A DNA stretch of 64,000 bases, from positions 64,001-128,000 of IMG/VR virus record IMGVR_UViG_3300016457_000282; one strand, written 5' to 3'. Below, piece by piece: positions 19,489 to 28,095 of the stretch. The notes beneath the pieces are model-generated. The model searched no databases. It worked only from the letters and a program-made list of their open reading frames with translations, and was not told the DNA's origin. How positions within the stretch are numbered: the first letter of the stretch is position 1; every line of letters starts with the position of its first letter. The translations under genes were made by a program, and so were the position numbers. Origin of the DNA: a virus.

Positions 19489-19685
19489 TTAATTTCTTCA
19501 ACTTCTTCCAACTTCATTTGATACATTTGATTGCCTTGTAATTCTACGGGAAATGGAGAAGCATCGCCATCTTTGTATCGCCCTCGTAATACCTTTCCTA
19601 TAGGCAACCTATAAGGATTACCTTTGATTACTTTGAACCAAAGAGGAAACACTTTCGCTAACCACTCATTTTTGTGGTCCTTCAC
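19485..19685 (-). CDS. Hypothetical protein
   Basis: Mirror of 2746-2946. Confidence 0.55.
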   Translation of the reverse strand: MKDHKNEWLAKVFPLWFKVIKGNPYRLPIGKVLRGRYKDGDASPFPVELQGNQMYQMKLEEVEEIK

Positions 19686-19697
19686 CGTATAACCTCC

Positions 19698-19952
19698 TCA
19701 GTGAATTTCCAATTGAACAACTTTAAACTCTCCATTCTCCAGCTTCAATGGAGTAGCTAGGATATAAGGAGACACACTTACATCTCCTCCTGTAAAGGTA
19801 AGTGAATTTTTGACATCAACACAAGGTATCAATCTCACAGCTGTATCATCAGTAAAAACTATTACTGCTTCGGGCCAATCACTGGTATCAATCCTTTTGA
19901 TAGTTTTGTTTGTCAAAAACTCCTTCACTGGTTTAAGTGTTAGCCATGCCAT
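19698..19952 (-). CDS. Hypothetical protein
   Basis: Mirror of 2479-2733. Confidence 0.7.
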   Translation of the reverse strand: MAWLTLKPVKEFLTNKTIKRIDTSDWPEAVIVFTDDTAVRLIPCVDVKNSLTFTGGDVSVSPYILATPLKLENGEFKVVQLEIH

Positions 19953-20016
19953 AACTTTCCTCCTTTTAGTAAGCTATTAGAATGCGGCTTCTCGAACGTT
20001 ACAGACTACCCAAAAT

Positions 20017-20259
20017 TCATCTTCGCCTTAAATTCACGTACGATGGCTCCAGACCAAGTAAGTGGATTATCTCGAGCGCAGTTCCCTCAATCACGCCATC
20101 TAAACCGTACGTATAAGCATAGTGGTCTGCTTGAACTTTTCTAGCTTGTTTCAATGACATTGCCATCTGAATCGCCGTTCTTATCCTCTCCTTAACCCAA
20201 ACTTCTTGATCAGAGGTGACCACTACCTTCTCTGGCATTTTCTCTCCTTCTACGCTCAT
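20017..20259 (-). CDS. Hypothetical protein
   Basis: Mirror of 2172-2414. Confidence 0.7.
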   Translation of the reverse strand: MSVEGEKMPEKVVVTSDQEVWVKERIRTAIQMAMSLKQARKVQADHYAYTYGLDGVIEGTALEIIHLLGLEPSYVNLRRR

Positions 20260-20350
20260 TAACGCACCTCCTCTGCAAGAAAAATTAAAAGTTTTTTAAA
20301 TAAAAAAAAGAGTACGTAACAAGTATTCGTTCAACTAACCAAATAATGCG

Positions 20351-20821
20351 TTAGATTAATTGGGCTTCTCTAAGTTTGATAATATCCTCTACCTCAAAAC
20401 CGCCGGCTCGGAGATCTCTTAGCTCCGATGCTGATAAGACTCGGTTATGTCTTCTGCACTGGAAGACCTCTATTTCCTTCATTTCTTGTTTCTCCTCCAA
20501 CTTCGATGCTAACTCCTGAACTTTTTGTCGGTAATCCTCGATCTCAGCATCACAACCTCCTAGCGATTTGCCTAATTCCAATTCGAGCTCCGATATTCTT
20601 TTTTCTCGCCCGATTATCTTTTGTACCAATTCACTAGGTATCGTCCAAGATGATGTCCCATCCTCGGTGAAGTAGCTTCCTTCACCGTCCTCTATTTCAA
20701 CTACAATCTTTCCGTAGTAACTCTTCTCAGCATAAACATAACTTAAGATCCCTTTCTCATCTTTCTCCTCTACCATTTCAGTGTTTCTCTCACCGTTAAG
20801 TACTAGAACTAAACTATCCAT
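20351..20821 (-). CDS. Hypothetical coiled-coil protein
   Basis: Mirror of 1610-2080. Confidence 0.75.
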   Translation of the reverse strand: MDSLVLVLNGERNTEMVEEKDEKGILSYVYAEKSYYGKIVVEIEDGEGSYFTEDGTSSWTIPSELVQKIIGREKRISELELELGKSLGGCDAEIEDYRQKVQELASKLEEKQEMKEIEVFQCRRHNRVLSASELRDLRAGGFEVEDIIKLREAQLI

Positions 20822-21195
20822 TACCTTACCTCCTTGGTTTTATTAGTAGGACTCTTTTGACTAGGTGCTAGCCTGAGTCCGTCGTTCTCGGGATTAACAT
20901 TCTTGTAGAATGAGTAACTTGCTTTTTCTACAGCAACAGCTAACTGATCATCGGCTGTGTTAGAGAAGTAACGCTCGACCCTCTTTTCTTTCTCCTTCAT
21001 CTCTGTCGACACTGAGTCAATGTTGTCAAACTCTTTACCGGTTGCTTCAGCTATCATCCTTAATATTTCCTCTTGCATCCCGATCGTCAGTCGTATATCT
21101 CCTAGTCCTAAGTGCACTCTGTCGTCGAACCTACAATCTTCAAAGTATTTCGCAACTGTCATCAGTAAATTATCTAGAGTAACATGTATCATCAT
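20821..21195 (-). CDS. Hypothetical protein
   Basis: Mirror of 1236-1610. Confidence 0.7.
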   Translation of the reverse strand: MMIHVTLDNLLMTVAKYFEDCRFDDRVHLGLGDIRLTIGMQEEILRMIAEATGKEFDNIDSVSTEMKEKEKRVERYFSNTADDQLAVAVEKASYSFYKNVNPENDGLRLAPSQKSPTNKTKEVR

Positions 21196-21377
21196 GTTTG
21201 CTCCTTTCAGAATTCTAAGAGATACTAACGTTTCGCTAAAGCGTAGATATCACTATGTTTAGTGAAACTGTACAACTCAATTTTCTTAGCATCAAACTTC
21301 CACAAAAGTACTTCACAGTTAATTTCTTCTCTACGTACCGGTTAAAATTTCAACCGTTCTCTACTCATAACAACTTC

Positions 21378-21659
21378 TTACACTCTCAACCCTCTTCTGT
21401 GAACCTCTTGTAATAGGGCCTCACCTAAGGGATGAAAAACGTCGATGTCGCCAACCTCGAGGTGATAAAGCTCACACTCTAGATCGAAGGTAGCTTGCTC
21501 ACCTCTTAGGAAACAAAGAGTCTTGTAACCTTCTAATACAACCTTCTCTTTCGCTCTTCTGAGCAGCTTAATTGTGTTCAACAAATGTTCATCAGTCATA
21601 TCACAAATCCTGATTTTACGGCCATCTTTAGTAGTCCAGATCTTAGTTTGCTTCCGCAT
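21378..21659 (-). CDS. Hypothetical phage protein
   Basis: Mirror of 772-1053. Confidence 0.7.
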   Translation of the reverse strand: MRKQTKIWTTKDGRKIRICDMTDEHLLNTIKLLRRAKEKVVLEGYKTLCFLRGEQATFDLECELYHLEVGDIDVFHPLGEALLQEVHRRGLRV

Positions 21660-21815
21660 TTTCCTTCTCCTGTTGAACTTCCAAAGTCTTTCTTAGAGCT
21701 TTCTTATATCCACCATTCCGCCTGATACTCACTTTCGTTTTCTTATAACGCCCTTCTTTCGTACTCCACCAACGAACTTCAAAGAAACTAGTTACATACT
21801 CTTTACAATCTCCAT

Positions 21816-23520
21816 ACAGAGAAAGCCATGATGCTTTAGCGCATGAATGAATCTGTGTTATGTTTCTACGCATTTCCATCCTCCATATGGATATACTACA
21901 TTCATATCCTTAAGCTTGAATCGTGTTCCATCGTATGTATATCCAAATCCACCTGTCAAACTATAACCCTTCAACACATCAATATGATTGTCGATTTCAA
22001 TTGTAGCACCTTCCTTGAATCCAACTTCAGAGAACTTCTTTCGATAGCCTTTGACACCAGGATTTACTTTGACTTGATAACCCTGTTTTAACAGTGGTAG
22101 AATTTTCGTACTGTATACGTTATGAAATGACTCTGGATTTCCATTTCGATTCGTAGCTACACGAATACACTTCTTGTTTTTGATGACATAGTACAATCGA
22201 TTACGTTCGCTATTCTTCATTCTACGATTATGCTGTCGTTTCTGTTCAAAACGTACCACATGTTTATCGATGAATGGTTCATGTTTGATTTCAACGTTGT
22301 TTCGCATCAGTTTGTTGATAGCAATACAGTAAGCATCATTACAGTGAGATTTGACAAGATTGAGCTCTCTACGAATAACATATGAATCAGCACCAATACA
22401 GAACCAAACATGTTCTTTACCGAAAGCATCTGACAACCAATCTTTTAAAAACGGCATAATGATATTGAGTCTGGATGTAGATGTGAAGTCTGCTATTTTC
22501 GTTTTGATTTTGCTTTGTACTCTTTTCAGCAACTGAGCATCAGTATGTACTTTAACGTGACAATCTGGGCACAGTGTAATAAGATTATCCGGATGATCTT
22601 TACCGTTTTGAGATCTGGGTACTACATGATGCAGCTGAAATTGAACGTTCTTCTTTCCGCATAGCTGACATGCATACTTATCACGGTGTAGTACATAAGC
22701 ACGAATATTTTGGTAACCGAATAATCTTCCGTGTTGATACTGCTCACCTTCAATATCTGAATTCATCATACGTTGGATGTCAAACTTAGCATATTCAAGT
22801 GAGATGTTAGCGTCAGGAACGTATTCAACTATTTTCTGTATAGCAGCTTTATGTGACTCTAGAAAATGTCGAACTGATGGAGTCAACCGTCCATCTAAAC
22901 GTCTTCTATTTTCGAATCTAGCTGGTCTATGCTTTGGTACGAGTCCTTTTCTCTTAATACGTTTACGTCTGAAGTATCGTCTCATATTTCGATATCCCCG
23001 TCTTATCTCAAGTAATTGCTTGATTTCTTTCGACCTTGTGTGAAATTCGATACTTAGCAATTGCTTGACTTTGTTATACATAGTGATTCTGACTAAACAA
23101 ATACCAATCGTATCTCCTGGATCTACTCCAATCCAGTATATAGGGTTATCTCTTTGCTGCGATAGTGTCTTGAACACTTGTACGACCATAATTTTACCGA
23201 CAAATCGAATGACTTTAGCATTCATCTGTCGCAACCAACGTTTAACCATATCCAACTTTCGTGTTGGATGTAAAATGTTATTTCTTCCATCTACAAGAAA
23301 TATTAATCGTTGATGTTGCATCGATTTTCCTCCTGGTGTATGCCCCTATAGGGCAGGAGCAGTAATACGTCCCTGGCCTGAGCTATGGCTTGAAAGTACG
23401 AACGCATTCAATCGAATGCTCCTTCGCAGAGCCAGGAGCTGGAACGACACCCCTGGGTGCATCACCATAGTCCATTGGCATGATCACAAGCCAGGATGCT
23501 TTAGCTCCTAGTCATGTGAC
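21816..23520 (-). mobile_element. IS200/IS605-superfamily IscB (OMEGA) element without tnpA
   Basis: Left-end hairpin GTCACATGACTAGGAGCTAAAGCATCCTGGCTTG at 23520, omega-RNA, iscB, right-end hairpin ending near 21816. Confidence 0.85.
21858..23321 (-). CDS. iscB: RNA-guided endonuclease IscB
   Basis: PLMP-like ILHPT, RuvC-I IGVDPG, Arg-rich bridge helix, RF.NR..G.L.PS, RuvC-II LEYAKFD, HNH HHVVPRS..G.D...NL.TLC..CH, RuvC-III SH.NDA. Confidence 0.96.
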   Translation of the reverse strand: MQHQRLIFLVDGRNNILHPTRKLDMVKRWLRQMNAKVIRFVGKIMVVQVFKTLSQQRDNPIYWIGVDPGDTIGICLVRITMYNKVKQLLSIEFHTRSKEIKQLLEIRRGYRNMRRYFRRKRIKRKGLVPKHRPARFENRRRLDGRLTPSVRHFLESHKAAIQKIVEYVPDANISLEYAKFDIQRMMNSDIEGEQYQHGRLFGYQNIRAYVLHRDKYACQLCGKKNVQFQLHHVVPRSQNGKDHPDNLITLCPDCHVKVHTDAQLLKRVQSKIKTKIADFTSTSRLNIIMPFLKDWLSDAFGKEHVWFCIGADSYVIRRELNLVKSHCNDAYCIAINKLMRNNVEIKHEPFIDKHVVRFEQKRQHNRRMKNSERNRLYYVIKNKKCIRVATNRNGNPESFHNVYSTKILPLLKQGYQVKVNPGVKGYRKKFSEVGFKEGATIEIDNHIDVLKGYSLTGGFGYTYDGTRFKLKDMNVVYPYGGWKCVET

Positions 23521-23540
23521 GGAGTTTAAGTGTACTCTAA
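23325..23540 (-). ncRNA. omega-RNA: scaffold about 23520-23325, guide from the 5' flank about 23521-23540
   Basis: GCACCCAGGGGTGTCGTTCCAGCTCCTGGCTCTG core, GGCCAGGGAC segment and TGCCCTATAGGGGCA terminal hairpin, directly upstream of iscB. Confidence 0.85.
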
Positions 23541-24580
23541 ACGCTACGATACAGAACCCACACATTGGAATACGACACTGTACTTTGCAGATCACGTGAA
23601 GAAAACCGTGATGCTTTAGCACCTAATCATGTGACTATGTTTAAGCGAAGAAAAAAATCTAAGACGCCAATACAGATCACTACGTTACGCGACAGCACCT
23701 TTCACTTTACTGCACTTCAAAATACCACAGTACACTTAACCGTTACCACACACAACTTCAGACTGCTTTAGTTGACTTTACATTACCGGTGCAGGACCAG
23801 GCCTTACATCACCTTCGCAATATGATACGGTACCTCTCTTTACCATACTCCCCCACAACACGGAGCATTACGAAGCCACCACTCGAGTTCGCTAAACTTA
23901 CTCAAGCCTCCACAGCATAGTACGATACACCACCTTCACTTTAGTTGACTTTGCAATAGCTTCTCCTCAGAGCTGTCTTTTCTTCCACTTTTCCTTACTT
24001 TCTTAACAAAAACTACCAACGCATGTTGAAAAGGCTACCAAACAGTGCAGTCAACTACCTTAGAGACAAACTTCTAGGTTTTCTCTGAAAACTTTTGATA
24101 AAACTCCTTACATCTAAGTTATTCAGTACTTAATTGCTATGACCAAGACAGTGCGTCGCATGCAAAACAATACAATACCTTTACTTTACACAACATTGGT
24201 TTGCTCTACTGAACCAAGCTTTCACGCCCCGTAAAAACTCTTTGACTGCACTGTACAACATTCTTTGCCACATAATGGAACAATCTCTCTTTAAGAGACA
24301 TCTGAGAAGGAACTTCCCTTCTTCTAACCACCTATGAGTCATCGTATGTTCAGTTAGTCAAAGTAGTTTACTTTTACATCAAATTACATAACACCACGAT
24401 ACCGGTTACACGACTACACTTTTCCGTGCTAATACTACCTTTCCCCATTCTACCTACGATGGCTCTGTAATCTTCTGGTTTGCAAACTGATTTTCCGCTC
24501 ACGGAACTGAGCATCACTGTGCTCATGCTTAGCTCTATAAAGACAAACCTTCACGCTTCGTTACAGTGCATTACAAACGC
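23541..24580 (-). ncRNA. Non-coding array with 5-nt NNNGY periodicity; candidate guide RNA(s) for the adjacent RAMP protein
   Basis: Minus strand example: GAAGGT GATGT AAGGC CTGGT CCTGC ACCGGT AATGT AAAGT CAACT AAAGC AGTCT GAAGT TGTGT GTGGT AACGGT; no credible ORF. Confidence 0.75.
23593..23635 (-). mobile_element. Solo IscB-element end hairpin, family A
   Basis: GTCACATGATTAGGTGCTAAAGCATCACGGTTTTCTTCACGTG. Confidence 0.7.
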
Positions 24581-24623
24581 CATACAGAGAAAGTCATGAT
24601 GTTTTAACACAGGATCATATGAC
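24581..24623 (-). mobile_element. Solo IscB-element end hairpin, family A, with a compensatory base change
   Basis: GTCATATGATCCTGTGTTAAAACATCATGACTTTCTCTGTATG. Confidence 0.7.
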
Positions 24624-24637
24624 CACTACTACATACT

Positions 24638-25252
24638 TCAAGGTGACACTTCTACTATTTCGAAACGACCATAACCACCGGAGCCTCTCCACTGTCCTAA
24701 CCCAACGTATTTACCATAATCAAGCATTTGCTCAATAGCGTCACGATTAATCCCAACTTTATTCTTCAGAATTCTCACTGTAAACTGAATTTCAGTCCCT
24801 GCATCTACATAATCACTTCTGCAAACAGTCACTCGAGGACCTTTCGCTGTTAACGTTCTCAAAGGTCGCTCTAAGCAACCATCTGGTTCCTTCTTTCCTA
24901 ACGGTATCTGCCGTGGGTCAATAAAAACTACCAGATCGATCCACTTCTTATAAGCAACGATCTTAGACAAGGCTCCTGCGGACATGCACACTTCGCATGC
25001 GCTTTTAAGGAAGCCTTTGATCATGTAGTTGTAGATGAAAATACCTTGCTCGTTCTTATGAAATCCGGTCCAACCTCTCTCCTCTACTTCTTCGACGGTT
25101 TCCGTTTCTTCCTCTTCCAGTTCAGGTTCTGGTGCCTTACTTGCTACAAAACGAGTATAGACTTCTGGATCTTTTGGCACAGTACCTAAAAGTTTCTCCA
25201 ACAAGCGGATTTTTACGTCAAACCTTTCTTCCAACTCCGAGAGCTTCTTCAT
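24638..25252 (-). CDS. Stand-alone Cas7/RAMP-fold protein (Vipr-like)
   Basis: N-terminal strand then LLG, IKGFLKSA helix, C-terminal Gly-rich loop YVGLGQWRGSGGYGRF typical of RAMPs; no other cas gene seen. Confidence 0.8.
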   Translation of the reverse strand: MKKLSELEERFDVKIRLLEKLLGTVPKDPEVYTRFVASKAPEPELEEEETETVEEVEERGWTGFHKNEQGIFIYNYMIKGFLKSACEVCMSAGALSKIVAYKKWIDLVVFIDPRQIPLGKKEPDGCLERPLRTLTAKGPRVTVCRSDYVDAGTEIQFTVRILKNKVGINRDAIEQMLDYGKYVGLGQWRGSGGYGRFEIVEVSP

Positions 25253-25529
25253 GTTTTTAACCCTCCTTATTTGATATTGAGTTAAATCGAGCTACTACTA
25301 CAAAACTCTCTTTCTCAAGCTTACAGTGAACCTTCTAAAGAGAGTCTCGTGCCTTGAATAACATTGTTACTCTTGCTACAAATACGCTCGTCCTCGCTAT
25401 AACATATAAGACGACCGGCATAAGCGTCACAAAAAATCTTCACTACACTTAGGCAAGGCTTTGCCGCAAGCTAAGTATTTGTCTTTCGTGCCATAGATGT
25501 AACATTTCATAGCTTACTCTGCTACTTTT

Positions 25530-26312
25530 TTAGTCTAATCTTCCTAACATAGGCCAATGAACCATAATAAAAGATCCTCTTACAGTCACTGTATTAGAGC
25601 CACCTTCAACTAAGTCTTTGACACTCAAAGTGGCTTTTCCGTAAGTTCGGAATAAAGCCTGGGCTCGCTCGTGTCCATAGTAGTCTTCAGAGTAGGCTCT
25701 CCAAATATAGAGAGCTCCTTCAACTATTTTGATTTCGTGATGACCCATGTTAAAAGAATCGCCTTGAACCAACGTGTCAAACCCATCACTTTTTTCACAA
25801 GAAGGATAAACAAACAGTTTCAGTCGACTAAAAGAAATTGAAGAAGCTACAAAGAAAGCTCTCTGCCGCAGCCCTGGTATCACGCTACCTTTTAGTTTTA
25901 TTTTACCGTTACACTGCCCGAGTCGAGGTAATTTGTATATGTATTCAGAGTCATTTAGAATTTCTACAATATCTTCTACTCCTAAATCAGGAGCAGACAA
26001 CCAATTCTGAGATAAAGGAGGTTCAGGACAAAAACGCCCTGGAACTTTACGAGCAAGTTCTTGGACCCCTTTGGAAATTAAATCTCTCAGCTCACTTTCT
26101 TTAGGAGGCGGGTAATAACAGTTAATTAATTTAATGTCAGCGGCCTGTAATGGTTCGGATTCAAATTCCCGGGGAGTTGTACCTCCTGCAGGATTTATAC
26201 TGCCCGGCATTTGTACTCTCACTACAGGAGTATCAGGCTCAATATACCAATGATACCTTTCGTTCAAATAACCTTTTAGTTTTCGTAAGCTACAGTAGGA
26301 CAAACTCCCCAA
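25530..26312 (-). CDS. Hypothetical protein
   Basis: 260 aa ORF co-oriented with neighbours. Confidence 0.7.
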   Translation of the reverse strand: MGSLSYCSLRKLKGYLNERYHWYIEPDTPVVRVQMPGSINPAGGTTPREFESEPLQAADIKLINCYYPPPKESELRDLISKGVQELARKVPGRFCPEPPLSQNWLSAPDLGVEDIVEILNDSEYIYKLPRLGQCNGKIKLKGSVIPGLRQRAFFVASSISFSRLKLFVYPSCEKSDGFDTLVQGDSFNMGHHEIKIVEGALYIWRAYSEDYYGHERAQALFRTYGKATLSVKDLVEGGSNTVTVRGSFIMVHWPMLGRLD

Positions 26313-26363
26313 TTATCTTCTTGATATGCTAAAGAGAACTGTACATTGAAAGTCTTAGTATTG

Positions 26364-26669
26364 CTAGCTCCTGTATTTAACAGTTTCACAACTTAACCTC
26401 CTAAGAGTAAGCTGGCTAACCAAAGCCAGAAGTTCTTCATCAGAAAATTCCTTATGGACTATTCTAATGAATCCGTTAAGGGTAAGAGTATCAATTCTGA
26501 ATAAGACTTCTTCCCCAGAACTAGTCTTACCTACAATAAAAACTTCATTCTGGTCAGAGTCATATACATAAATGTAGTCACCAATTTTAACTCTCAGTCC
26601 TGACATAAGGGCTTCTATTACAACTGTGCAAGCATCTCTTGACTTCGTCCTTAATCCTTCACTGGACAT
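26364..26669 (-). CDS. Hypothetical protein
   Basis: AAGGAG RBS. Confidence 0.7.
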   Translation of the reverse strand: MSSEGLRTKSRDACTVVIEALMSGLRVKIGDYIYVYDSDQNEVFIVGKTSSGEEVLFRIDTLTLNGFIRIVHKEFSDEELLALVSQLTLRRLSCETVKYRS

Positions 26670-26687
26670 AACTTAACTCCTTATAAG

Positions 26688-27098
26688 TTAGTCATTTATG
26701 TTAAGCCATTTCCCTACTTTAGCTGCAGAACCCCAACAGTCGGCCGGAGCTTCGTTATACAAATAGTAAACATAAGCAGGTAAATTTCGAATGTTAACAT
26801 CATCTGCGCACAGCACTGCTCCTGTAAGATCATTACTCAACACAGCTCTTAGAAAGTCTCCTATTGGTACTCTCTTCTCGATGTATAACCGTAAACCACG
26901 AAACATGCGCTGAGGGATGTAAAACTCTCCTACTTCGTATGCTACATCTGTACAGTCAATAGCATCGAAAGTCACTCCCCCTTTAAAAGACTCTCCGAAG
27001 AGGTAGACTAAAGAGTCCTCAATCTCTTGTGCTCCGTTGATGAGCTTCGCGCACGGATCGGTATCATTCACTAAAAATGTAATCGTAACTTTCTTCAT
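26688..27098 (-). CDS. Hypothetical phage protein
   Basis: GDFL.AVL.NDL..A...AD..N ... P..CWGS pattern. Confidence 0.75.
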   Translation of the reverse strand: MKKVTITFLVNDTDPCAKLINGAQEIEDSLVYLFGESFKGGVTFDAIDCTDVAYEVGEFYIPQRMFRGLRLYIEKRVPIGDFLRAVLSNDLTGAVLCADDVNIRNLPAYVYYLYNEAPADCWGSAAKVGKWLNIND

Positions 27099-27766
27099 GA
27101 TACCTCCTTACTACTACCTGTGATTAGTTGGTCTAGAGTTAACAATCTCAAACGGTCCTTAATTATTCTTGAGGCATACGTGTTGCTGCTTAAGACCACT
27201 GAGATTTTTTCATTTGAGAAGAACGAGCTTTTAAGATCAAACGATGTCTTAGTAGGCACTAGTACGCCCAGCTTTTCGAGGATCACGCTTACCACGTCGG
27301 CAGGTAAGTCCTTATTAGCTTGGAAGTATAACGCTTCTGAAAACTTACGGTCAACTGAGCCGTGACCCATTACTAAGAAGGAAATAGGTGGTATACTAAT
27401 CCGTCCGCGTACTGCTACATAACGGAGAAATTCCTTTGGCGATGCCGCAGACGAGGTAAATTTCTCATACTCCAATTCATCGAGTAACTGCTTAAGCGTC
27501 TGATCTAGCTCCTTTTCGGACGCCATCTCAATAAAAAAGCGCATTCTGCCTGTATAAAGGCGCTCGCAATACCAACTAGAGAAGTCGACGAGATCTGAAT
27601 AAGTCATATCAGGATCTTTCTTTAGTTTTTTGAGTATTGTACTTTGTGTATACATAGGCGCAAAACGAATAGTAATCGTTTTCTTGAAGAATTGAAATTC
27701 TAAGCTTGCTCGCGAATTAGGTAATCGCGCAGTTAGAATTTTTACACTAGACGGTATAAAGTGCAT
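27095..27766 (-). CDS. Hypothetical protein
   Basis: ORF with RBS, coupled to the next gene. Confidence 0.7.
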   Translation of the reverse strand: MHFIPSSVKILTARLPNSRASLEFQFFKKTITIRFAPMYTQSTILKKLKKDPDMTYSDLVDFSSWYCERLYTGRMRFFIEMASEKELDQTLKQLLDELEYEKFTSSAASPKEFLRYVAVRGRISIPPISFLVMGHGSVDRKFSEALYFQANKDLPADVVSVILEKLGVLVPTKTSFDLKSSFFSNEKISVVLSSNTYASRIIKDRLRLLTLDQLITGSSKEVS

Positions 27767-27783
27767 AACCTCTACCTCCGTAC

Positions 27784-27972
27784 TTATACTCTTCGTCCTG
27801 GCCCTTTTATCGGATCCTCGATTTGAAGAACTACGTCAAGGAACCCTTTATTCTCAACAACTGCTCTAACGTAAGTCCTCAAGACAGTAGCCCGCGAGAG
27901 ATGGTATTGTGTACAAATCTCGTCGAACTGATCTAGAAGATCGTCAGGGATAGATAAACAAATCACTTTCAC
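27784..27972 (-). CDS. CopG-like ribbon-helix-helix regulator
   Basis: I.LSIPDDLL..FD.......SR..V.R. Confidence 0.75.
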   Translation of the reverse strand: MKVICLSIPDDLLDQFDEICTQYHLSRATVLRTYVRAVVENKGFLDVVLQIEDPIKGPGRRV

Positions 27973-28095
27973 GACAACCTCCTCATTTCTAAAGTTTGAG
28001 AACAGTAAGAGATTTTTCGCCGAGTTGCGCTACTGTCTAACTCCTTGTCGTTTGATGGCACGAACGAGAGTAAACTTTTCCTATATTAATGAGTA

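Larger units (their letters stand above)
1..22430. repeat. Perfect inverted repeat, arms at least 11215 bp, axis 11215/11216, no loop
   Basis: Every + ORF in 1-10657 has an identical - ORF whose coordinates sum to 22431; centre reads AATAAGATCTTA|TAAGATCTTATT. Confidence 0.98.

Noticed and set aside
21643-21879. 78 aa ORF (mirror 552-788) as an intact gene
   Set aside because: Its 5' part runs through the IscB right-end hairpin; probably the remnant of an interrupted gene
23541-24580. Canonical CRISPR array beside the Cas7-like gene; also ORF 23565-23771 (+)
   Set aside because: No repeated 25-40 bp unit, only a 5-nt register; the ORF crosses an IS hairpin and lacks an RBS
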